Positions 35,793-45,039 of a stretch of 45,039 nucleotides of DNA are shown here, piece after piece. Positions within the stretch are counted from its first letter, which is position 1. Each line of letters opens with the position of its first letter. This stretch comes from Octopus sinensis (taxonomy: Eukaryota), in assembly GCF_006345805.1 (NCBI RefSeq), contig NW_021834807.1, positions 1 through 45,039 of the forward strand, in the 5' to 3' direction. Below the pieces are notes generated by a model. It was not told the DNA's origin and ran no database searches. It saw nothing but the letters and a program-made list of their open reading frames with translations. The translations under genes and the position numbers were made by a program.

Positions 35793-35838
35793 AGCACAAC
35801 GTTTCGGCTGATATACTCTCCAGCCTTCATCAGGTGTC
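35793..35838 (-). ncRNA. Minimal type I hammerhead with intact core, in PLE-type segment 35745-35910
   Basis: Minus strand: gacac CTGATGA A GGCTG gagagtatat CAGCC GAAAC GTT^GTGCT; zero-loop ACGT stem III (dimer type); stem I 3 bp plus a mismatch. Confidence 0.65.
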
Positions 35839-35947
35839 TTGGGGGAAATTTTGAACCTGGGTTCTCATTCCTAAGGTATTTCCTCATCTCTTAAATAAAG
35901 AACTGTATTACTTTATATTTTATATAGAATTTCTATATACATATGTA

Positions 35948-37812
35948 CAAGCATGGCCACCTTGTAACCATCTGGTCACCTTGTAAGCATGTAGTCACCT
36001 TGTATGCACACCTTGTATACAAGTGTTCATCTTGTAAGCATGTGGTCACTTTGTAAGCATGTGGCCACCTTGTAACCATGTGGTTACTATGTAACCATGT
36101 GGTCACCTTGTAAGCATGTGGTCACCTTATAAGCATGTGGTCACCTTGTAACCATGTGGTCAACTTGTAACCATGTGGTCACTTTGTAAGCATGTGATCA
36201 CCTTGTAACCATGTGGTCACTTTGTAAGCATGTGGCCACCTTGTAAGCATGTGGTCACTTTGTAAGCATGTGATCACCTTGTAACCATGTGGTCACTTTG
36301 TAACCATGTGGTCACATTGTAAGCATGTGGCCACCTTGTAAGCATGTGATCACCTTGTAACCATGTGGTCACTTTGTAACCATGTGGTCACCTTGTAACC
36401 ATGTGGTCACTTTGTAAGCATGTGGTCACTTTGTAACCATGTTGCCACCTTGTAAGCATGTGGCCACCTTGTAAGCATGTGATCACCTTGTAACCATGTG
36501 GTCACTTTGTAAGCATGTGGTCAACTTGTAAGCATGTGGTCACCTTGTAACCATGTGGTCACTTTGTAAGCATGTGATCACCTTGTAACCATGTGGTCAC
36601 TTTGTAAGCATGTGGTCAACTTGTAAGCATGTGATCACCTTGTAACCATGTGGTCACTTTGTAAGCATGTGGTCACTTTGTAACCATGTGGCCACCTTGT
36701 AAGCATGTGGTCACTTTGTAAGCATGTGATCACCTTGTAACCATGTGGTCACTTTGTAACCATGTGGTCACATTGTAAGCATGTGGCCACCTTGTAAGCA
36801 TGTGATCACCTTGTAACCATGTGGTCACTTTGTAACCATGTGGTCACTTTGTAAGCATGTGGTCACTTTGTAACCATGTGGTCACTTTGTAAGCATGTGG
36901 TCAACTTGTAAGCATGTGATCACCTTGTAACCAGGTGGTCACTTTGTAAGCATGTGGTCACCTTATAAGCATGTGGTCACCTTGTAACCATGTGGTCAAC
37001 TTGTAACCATGTGGTCACTTTGTAAGCATGTGATCACCTTGTAACCATGTGGTCACTTTGTAAGCATGTGGCCACCTTGTAAGCATGTGGTCACTTTGTA
37101 AGCATGTGATCACCTTGTAACCATGTGGTCACTTTGTAACCATGTGGTCACATTGTAAGCATGTGGCCACCTTGTAAGCATGTGATCACCTTGTAACCAT
37201 GTGGTCACTTTGTAACCATGTGGTCACCTTGTAACCATGTGGTCACTTTGTAAGCATGTGGTCACTTTGTAACCATGTGGCCACCTTGTAAGCATGTGGC
37301 CACCTTGTAAGCATGTGATCACCTTGTAACCATGTGGTCACTTTGTAAGCATGTGGTCAACTTGTAAGCATGTGGTCACCTTGTAACCATGTGGTCACTT
37401 TGTAAGCATGTGATCACCTTGTAACCATGTGGTCACTTTGTAAGCATGTGGTCAACTTGTAAGCATGTGATCACCTTGTAACCATGTGGTCACTTTGTAA
37501 GCATGTGGTCACTTTGTAACCATGTGGTCACCTTGTAAGCATGTGGTCACTTTGTAAGCATGTGATCACCTTGTAACCATGTGGTCACTTTGTAAGCATG
37601 TGGTCAACTTGTAAGCATGTGGTCACTTTGTAAGCATGTGGTCACTTTGTAAGCATGTGGTCACTTTGTAACCATGTGGCCACCTTGTAAGCATGTGATC
37701 ACCTTGTAAGCATGTGATCACCTTGTAAGCATGTGGTCACTTTGTAAGCATGTGGCCACCTTGTAAGCATGTGATCACCTTGTAACCATGTGGCCACCTT
37801 GTAACCATGTGG
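35948..37812. repeat. 19-bp minisatellite (gcatgtggtcaccttgtaa), about 98 units, with higher-order duplication
   Basis: Period 19; rare variants recur at 836-bp (44-unit) spacing. Confidence 0.95.
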
Positions 37813-39194
37813 TTTTGGCATCTTGGGTTAGTGCCTTCAACAGTCTTGGACTGGCCAATGCCCTGTGAGCGAATTTGGTACATGGAAACTGTGTGGAAGC
37901 CCATCATGTAATGATGTGTGTGTGTGTGCTTGTTTCCTTGATACATACACACTGCTTGATAGCCAATATTAGTTTGTTTACATCCCAGTAACTTAGCAGT
38001 ATGGCAAAAGATTAAGTGCCAGGCTTACAAAATAAGGACTAGGATTAATTTGTTTCACTAAACCCTCCAAAGCAATGCCCCAGCTTGGCCACAGTCCAAT
38101 CACTGAGACAAGTAAAACAAGAAACAAAAGCTTTATTTTCTACAACCATTACATTTAAATAGTTCGTTAATTTCTGTAAATTTATTCCTTTCATATTTTG
38201 CTTTTTCCAGTTTTTTTCTATTGTGTATGTTACACTATTTACTCTTTTGAATTTCTCATTCTATATTTTAGACTGTAGACTCTTTATATACCCTATTGTA
38301 TATTTTAGACTGTATACTCTCTGTACTTTCGCCTGTATATCATGTATACACACCAAGCTGTGTATTTTACATTACTAATATACCTCACATTTCATTATAA
38401 CATGTTGCTAAAACCCAAACAAACTCTCAAATTTGAAGTCCTACAATCTGTGAATCTTGTTTACAATGGCTAGCACACAAGTACTAGAATAAGTACTAGG
38501 CTTACAAAGAATAAGTCCTGGGGGTGATTTGCTCGACTAAAGTCAGTGCTCCAGTATGGAGAAATAAAAGACTAAAAAAATGAAAGAATTGTTTCTGGTA
38601 TAAATTAATATTACTAAGAAATATTACCGGTCCCTGGCACCCTAGAGAGAAAGAAAAAACTGCTGGTACACCACAGGAGACAGTTTAAGAAACGCTGGCA
38701 TCAGCTACAAGAATAACATCTACTACTTGAAGAATTCTTTTGCATTGGAGTTTCCTTCCATTTCTCATTTGTTTCTTTTACAGTTTCCATTTCTCTGAAT
38801 TTGCCAAGCTGCACTGAAGACCTGTTAACGCCTATCTCATATATCCAGTTCTCCACCCCTTGGTGTCTCATTTTACTCTGCCTCATCAAATTACTCCATC
38901 ATTTCCCCAATCTCTTTTCCTTGTAAACCCTCTTAGGATTCTGACTATCAAATGTAATGTTTATTTATTCCCATTGCTTTGAATTAATCATGCATTATTT
39001 TGTAGCTTTGACACTTTGATGATGTGATTTAAAAAAATTTTTAGAATGACATTGTAGAGTAGGTATAAGAGACCAGATATGGCCTGAATCAATACGAAAC
39101 TGGTAGAATATCTTAGCTAGATATGGCTGGTATATTCCTTAAGCATTCACACTACTCTGAGAGATGTAGCATTCATATTGTTTTGAATTAATCA

Positions 39195-39696
39195 TACAGG
39201 TAAAGCCCATGGAATTTGCGCACCTGTGTAATTTACGCAGGTGATTTTCAGGATAAAAATTGTTAAAAAAGTTTCTACTCATGTAAAATTTGCATCCAAA
39301 AGTTTTCAGATTTGCCAATATGGTCAGGGAATAAAGGTTTTCAGTTTAGTTGTATTTAGCATAATTTCACTTACTTTAATTACATTTTATTTAATTTTCG
39401 CTAAATAAAAATAATTTCTGTTTAACAGGTATCACATTGAAAGCTGTTAAATTACAAAGTGTTTGTGTTGTTTATAATAAACTTTATTTTACATTTCTTG
39501 CCCACAAGAGATTATGTCTGGTCACTTGTCATTGCCTCCGTGAGGCCCAACATTCGAAGGTCATACTTCACATCTCATCCCAGGCCTTCCTGGTTCTACC
39601 TAGGAAGACCTGGGATCTACTCATAATTCACGCACCCCCTAAAGTTTATTTTTGTTTTTGCGAAAAAGTGCGTAAATTACATGGGTTTTTATGGTA
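39195..39696. mobile_element. Degenerate Tc1/pogo-like MITE remnant with inserted RTE piece
   Basis: Left TACAGGTAAAGCCCATGGAATTTGCGCA versus right (reverse complement) TACCATAAAAACCCATGTAATTTACGCA; TA ends. Confidence 0.45.
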
Positions 39697-40294
39697 TTTT
39701 GTTGCTTTGAGATTTTGATGATGTTATTTTTTATTTTTAGAATTACAGAGGTTGAATCTGGCCAATTTGAACTTAAAATAGATAGAATATTTGAGCCAAA
39801 TGCAGTCAGTTGAAATACTATATGGTTGAAATAACCCCTTAGAATCATCATCATCATCATCATCATCGTTTAACGTCCGCTTTCCATGCTAGCATGGGTT
39901 GAACGATTTTGACTGAGGGCAGAACAAATATTAGTGAAAATCATATGAATTGAATTAGGTCTGTATATGTATTTTTTATTACTATCTGTGCCGGTGGCAT
40001 GTAAAAGGCACCATTTGAGCGTGATCGTTACCAGCATTGCCTTACTGGCACCTGTGTAAAAAGATTCGAGTGAGGTCATTGCCAGTACCGCCTGACTGGC
40101 CTCTGTGCTGGTGTCACGGAGTGGTTGGCGTTAGAAAGGGCATCCAGCTGTAGAAACTCTGCCAGATCAAGATTGGAGCCTGGTGCAGACATCTGTTAAA
40201 AATTTTTTTCTTATCAACATTAACTAAAACAGCAGAGAATAACTTCTGCAGGAACTCTTTTTCATGTAAACATTCCTTGACTTGAGTGTTTTAG

Positions 40295-40408
40295 ATATCT
40301 TGGTGTAGAAGATACAAAACAATGTGAAGCTGTAAAATGTTCACACACCCCACGGGAACAAGATTGTTCTCTACAGGTTTACAAGGCAAAAATATGCCAT
40401 GTTTTCAG
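40295..40408 (+). CDS. RASGRP: RasGRP exon C: (L)YLGVEDTKQCEAVKCSHTPREQDCSLQVYKAKICHVF(R)
   Basis: 114 nt, phase 2-2, donor AG|GTAAAT at 40409. KICHVFR matches the RasGRP motif KIC(Y/H)F.RYW completed by exon D. Confidence 0.9.
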
Positions 40409-40419
40409 GTAAATATTTC

Positions 40420-40790
40420 AAATTATTTCGTTTTTGGATTTGGTATGCAAGATTCTTTATGTGAGTTCGTGTGTTGAAGCATATTTTGTGAGTCTGGGGA
40501 GGGTCGTTCTGTTTTAGTACCTTATTTAACACACTCACTGGTGAAGTTTCCACTCATTTACTTATTTTTTTTTTTTTCCGAAATTTGTTTTGCAAGATTC
40601 TTTATGTGAGTTTGTGTGTTGAAGCATATTTTGTTGAGTCTAGGGAGAGTCATTCTCTTTTAGTGCCTTATTATTTAACACACTCACCGGTAAAGTTTCT
40701 ACTCATTTAAGAGGAAACTTTACCGGTGAGTGTGTTAAATGGTAAAGCACTAAAAGAGAATGACTCTCTCCAGACACAACAAAATTTCAA
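40420..40790. mobile_element. MITE family M: two tandem left arms plus an inverted right arm
   Basis: gcaagattctttatgtgag at about 40448 and 40593; hairpin aacacactcaccggtaaagtttc / gaaactttaccggtgagtgtgtt. Confidence 0.7.
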
Positions 40791-40816
40791 ATTATATTTC
40801 TGCTTAATTTTAATTC

Positions 40817-40995
40817 TTTTGTTACCATATTTCTGCTAAAATACCTCACTGCTTTTTTAATTAAATTTTAAAATAATTAAGAGTTTAGTAAAATAACTTT
40901 GTCATTATTAAACTGGTGTCTGGGACATAAATTAAAGCGAAAATTTGATGGAAGATTTGAATTTAAATCCCTTTAAGACAAAATGTTTGTATTAT
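40817..40995. mobile_element. Degenerate copy of the 16.8-17.3 kb piggyBac-like MITE
   Basis: ttaccatatttctg...gagtttagtaaaataactt...ggaagatttgaatt. Confidence 0.55.
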
Positions 40996-41606
40996 AGATC
41001 AGTGTTTTGCAACCATTTTTCACTTGCGGTACCCTTGTATTCCTTTCAAAATTTGGTAGCACACCTGAAATAAAACTATAATTAAATGTATGGGGAAAAA
41101 AAGTTATATTCAGGTTACACTGAGGCACACCTAGCATTGCCTTGTGGCACACCTGTGTGCTGTGGTATTCTGGTTTGCAGAGCACTGTTGTAGATCCAGA
41201 GGCAGTTTCAGGTGAGGTGGTATCAATAAGGTTGAACCAAAAAGGTTCCGGGTTCAGTCCCGTTGCATGGCACCTTGAGCAAGTGTCTTCTACTATAGCC
41301 TCGGGCCGACCAAAGCCTTGTGAGTGGATCTGGTAGATGGAAACTAAAAGAAGCCCATTGTATATTTATATGTGTGTGTGTGTATGTGTATGCATGAATG
41401 TTGGTGCTGTTACCTATGTGGAAAATACTATCTGCAAGTATCATAATTTTATTTCAACTGGTACAGTACCAGTTGCGTACTGTGGTCAACATAATCAATT
41501 TATTCCTCCCCCAAAATTACTGGCTTTGTACCAAAATTTGAAACTATTATCTTAATCTCATGCTTACCTGTCATTTCATTGAAGTTCTGTTTTGTCTTTT
41601 ATTTAG

Positions 41607-41738
41607 ATACTGGATCCGAACATTTCCTTTCCACTTTGACCTCGACAAACGGTTAAAAGTAATCGTGGAAAGATTTGGTCAAATTCTTGAAGCAGAAGGC
41701 AATACCAATTTTTCTGAATTAATCGATCTTTCTAAAGT
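41607..41738 (+). CDS. RASGRP: RasGRP exon D: (R)YWIRTFPFHFDLDKRLKVIVERFGQILEAEGNTNFSELIDLSK(V)
   Basis: Acceptor ttttgtcttttatttAG ends at 41606; donor GT|GTAAGT at 41739; 132 nt, phase 2-2. Matches the RasGRP pattern RYWI..FP..F.LD..L.....F........LID.S. Confidence 0.92.
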
Positions 41739-41777
41739 GTAAGTGAACAAATAATTTATCATATTTTGTGTAAATAT

Positions 41778-42192
41778 AGGCACAGGAGTGGTTGTGTGGT
41801 AAGTAGCTTGCTTACCAACCACATGGTTCCAGGTTCAGTCCCACTACATGGCACCTTGGGCAAGGGTCTTATACTATAGCCTCGGGCCAACCAAAGCCTT
41901 GTAAGTGGATTTGGTAGATGGAAACTGAAAGAAGCCCATCGTATATATGTATATATATATATATATATGTGTGTGTGTGCATATGTTTGTGTGTCTGTCT
42001 TTGTCCCCCCAACATCACTTGACAACTGATGCTGGTGTGTTTACGTCCCCATAACTTAGTGGTTCGGCAAAAGAGACTGATAGAATAAGTACAAGGCTTA
42101 CAAAGAATAAGTCCTGGGGTCAATTTGCTCGACTAAAAGGCGGTGCTCCAGCATGGCCACAATCAAATGACTGAAACAAGTAAAAGAATAAA
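41778..42192 (+). mobile_element. SINE family A, full length, about 40 nt after the exon D donor
   Basis: Same structure as 28248-28630. Confidence 0.85.
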
Positions 42193-42509
42193 AGTGTATA
42201 TATTTATATGCCCTGTCACCATTGAGTCTGTGTTGTTGGTCTCCATATTATCTGAGAGTAGCCATGCAGATCTCTCTGCAGGAATCTGATTTGCTCCCCT
42301 CTCTCATAGCAATCTCCTTGTCCCCTAGTTTGAAGCTCTCCTACCCCCTACCCTAAGGCTTGTTCTGCAAACAACATGGTAACCGCATTAGTGTGGGTAG
42401 CACAAAGAAAACATCTAGCCCATGTTGTAAAATGGTTGGTGTTAGAGACATTTTATTTCGTCTGGAATAAAATTGTTTTAGAGACATGCTGTCTTATAAA
42501 CACAATATA

Positions 42510-43075
42510 TTAGGTTGTCTGGAAAGTTTGTGCCGATTTATAGTAGCTTACCTTTCGACTTATTTTAGAACATGGTTGAGTCCATAAAATAGGATTTGAC
42601 TACACCTCCATTTAGAGCACAGTTTAAGCTATCTTTTCGTGGAAGAAGATTTATGTTCCTATAACCTGTGTTAATTCTGTAACCCTTTAAAATGGAAGAT
42701 AAGAAAGTTCATTTTTGGCACTTGATGCTTTGGGAACCAGACAAAAATTGCTGCAGCTCGGCTGGGATGTGTTACCCCACCCTCCATATTCACCAGATAT
42801 TGCTCCTTCGGATTTCCACTTATTCAGGTCTCTGCAGAATAGTCTTAATGGTAAAAATTTCAATTCCTTGGATGACGTAAAAAGATACCTTGATGAATTC
42901 TTTGCCATGAAACCCCCTCGATTCTGGGAAAAGGGTATTTTCAAGTTAAAGGAAAGATGGAGATGCATTGTGTAACAAAATGGTTCATATTTGGTTGATT
43001 AAAAATGTAATGGCAAGTATTTATTGACTTTTTTCTTTCCTTTAAAAATCGGCACAAACTTTCCGGACAACCCAA
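42510..43075 (+). mobile_element. Internally deleted mariner transposon (566 bp)
   Basis: 30-bp TIRs 42510-42539 and 43046-43075 (2 mismatches); TA at 42508-42509 and 43076-43077; N-terminus MEDKKVHFWHLML fused to C-terminus LGWDVLPHPPYSPDIAPSDFHLFRSLQN. Confidence 0.93.
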
Positions 43076-43264
43076 TACATATAGGAGGGAGACAAACAAA
43101 TGGTGCCTTGCAAGACGTATGGCAAATGTGGGACAAAGTAGACATCGTATGTCTACTGTATGTATGTATGTATGTCAAAGCAAACCAGATGTGTGTCAAA
43201 GAAGACATCCGAGCTCAAAGCAGTTCTTGAATTCATCAGTTTCTTCCCAACCATATGACCCATG

Positions 43265-43522
43265 CCATCATCATCATCATCATCATTATTACCATCATCA
43301 TCATCATCATCATTATCATCATCATCATCACCATCATTATCACATCATCCTCATCACCACCACCACCACACCACCACCACCACCACCACCACCACCACCA
43401 CCACCATCATCATCACCATCATCCATCATCATATCATCCACCACCACCACCACCACCACCATCATCATCATCATTATCATCATCATCATCACCATCATTA
43501 TCACATCATCATCACCACCACC

Positions 43523-43572
<50 letters not shown>

Positions 43573-43822
43573 CACCACCATCATTATCACATCATCATCA
43601 TCCTCATCACCACCACCACCACCACCACCACCACCACCACTACCACCACACCACCACCACCACCACCATCATCATCACCATCATCATCATCATCATCATC
43701 ATCACCATCATTATCACATCATCACCACCACCACCACCACCACCATCATCATCATTACCATCATCATCATCATCATCATTACCATCATCATCATCATCAT
43801 CATCATCAACATCATGATGCCA

Positions 43823-43855
<33 letters not shown>

Positions 43856-43860
43856 CAGCA
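43265..43860. repeat. (CAT)n/(CAC)n/(TAG)n tract
   Basis: Seen directly. Confidence 0.95.
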
Positions 43861-44144
43861 GCAGTAGTGGTAGTAAAGTATAATACACAGATGGTTTTTC
43901 TACTGTTGTTGTGTAGTTTTTATAATAGAAATTAGCCTTAGAAACGGTGATGCCATTTCATTTTGTCACCGATTGTGATATCTCACATATAGACACGGCT
44001 GCTTTTCCACAAGCTGGGTTTGTGTCTGTTAGATCAAAGATTTTGCCAAATATATGGAGATGTTTTAATCAAAGTTAAGCTTCTTGAAAATCATATCGAT
44101 TGATGTTCTTAGAAATACCATTTTCAATAACATTATGAATTATA

Positions 44145-44351
44145 CAGTTTTTATATTTAAGAGATGAGGAATTATGTACATTATTTACGTTATTTACATT
44201 ATTTACATTTGACGGATATTTGTCCTCATCTTGTTTGTTGTTAACACAACGTTTTGGCTGATATACCCTGCAGCCTTCATCAGGTGTCTTGGGGGGAAAT
44301 TTCGAACCTGGGTTCACATTCCTAAGGTATTTTTTGTTGTTGTTATTATTA

Positions 44352-44394
<43 letters not shown>

Positions 44395-44470
44395 GCAAGT
44401 TACTGCCTGGAATCAAACTCGGAATCTTGCGGTTAGTAGCCCGCACTCTTAACACTATGCTGCGGCCTGA
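44145..44470 (-). mobile_element. tRNA-like head + (AAT)n + hammerhead-bearing PLE-type tail
   Basis: Head 44395-44470 (B-box GAGTTTGATTCC), (AAT)n, arm with CTGATGA-A-GGCTG..CAGCC-AAAAC (G12A lesion); same layout as 5810-6070. Confidence 0.7.
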
Positions 44471-44479
44471 ATAATAATA

Positions 44480-44525
<46 letters not shown>

Positions 44526-44696
44526 CATCGTACCACTGGCATGGGTACCATTTTTATGATACTGGGGTGCTTTTACATGCCATTGGCACGTGTGCCACTT
44601 TGTGAGACACCAGTATCTGTCATGATTGCAATTTTGCTTGGCTTGATGGGTCTTCTTCTCAAGCATAACATAATACCAAAGGTCTCAGTCATTCCA

Positions 44697-45039
44697 CTTT
44701 GCCTCTGTGAGGCCTAACACTCAAAAGGAACTCAGCTACTTGCCTCCATGAGGCCCAAACTCAAAAGGAACTCAGCCATTTTGCCTCTGTGAGTCCCAAC
44801 ACTCAAAAGGAACTCAGTCACTTTGCCTTCATGAGGCCCAAACTCGAAAGGAACTCAGCCACTTTGCCTCTGTGAGCCCCAACACTCAAAAGGAACTCAA
44901 CCACTTTGCCTCCATGAGGCCCAACACTCAAAAGGAACTCAGCCACTTTGCTTCCGTGAGGCCCAACACTCAAAAGGAACTCAGTCACTTTGCTTCTGTG
45001 AGGCCCAACACTTGAAAGGAACTCAGTCACTTTGCCCCT
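44697..45039. repeat. About 42-bp minisatellite, at least 8 units, runs off window
   Basis: ctcaaaaggaactcag recurs at 44720, 44760, 44802, 44843, 44885, 44927, 44969 and 45011. Confidence 0.92.

Larger units (their letters stand above)
34473..40294 (+). other. U12-type (minor spliceosome) GT-AG intron, 5822 nt
   Basis: Donor GTATCCTTT at 34473-34481; branch site TTCCTTGAC at 40273-40281 with branch A 14 nt from the 3' end; AG at 40293-40294; no long polypyrimidine tract; flanking exons join in frame (TT|A = Leu). Confidence 0.92.

Noticed and set aside
35948-37812. CRISPR-like array
   Set aside because: Contiguous 19-bp units with no unique spacers, no cas genes, eukaryotic intron.
38620-38900. 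Possible LINE C-terminal zinc-knuckle remnant (ORF 38701-38889, minus)
   Set aside because: Suggestive only; too short and degenerate to call by eye.
39135-39143. TTCCTTAAG, similar to a U12 branch point
   Set aside because: Lacks the terminal Y, lies in repeat-like sequence, and no coding exon follows.
39421-39450. tttaacAG|G TAT CAC as exon C (would give L-Y)
   Set aside because: In-frame TAA after six codons and no U12 branch site; the real exon at 40295 has the branch site and the KICH motif.
41739-45039. Next RasGRP exon (expected P-S-Y-D-W-like start)
   Set aside because: No matching phase-2 acceptor and peptide found; presumably beyond the window.

Overview
AT-rich, repeat-dense eukaryotic genomic DNA. 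The repeat families suggest a coleoid cephalopod such as Octopus (inference, not a database result). One protein-coding gene is supported: four + strand exons (23461-23841, 34367-34472, 40295-40408, 41607-41738) splice in frame into the N-terminal REM domain of a RasGRP/CalDAG-GEF-family Ras exchange factor most like RASGRP3. I found no later exon before the window ends, and there is probably at least one upstream exon. The second intron seen (34473-40294) has textbook U12 minor-spliceosome signals (GTATCCTTT donor, TTCCTTGAC branch point). The rest is RTE and CR1 LINE fragments, several tRNA-headed SINE families, mariner and piggyBac-like MITEs, microsatellites and minisatellites. Nearly all ORFs in the supplied track are artefacts of these repeats. 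The most striking unannotated signal is seven type I hammerhead-ribozyme motifs from about four unrelated Penelope-like/retrozyme-like elements. They include a fully canonical hammerhead on the sense strand of a RasGRP intron (32357-32433) and a repeated architecture of tRNA-like Pol III head + (AAT)n + hammerhead tail. Repeat boundaries were read by eye and are approximate (about +/-10-20 bp) unless TSD, TIR or splice coordinates are given.
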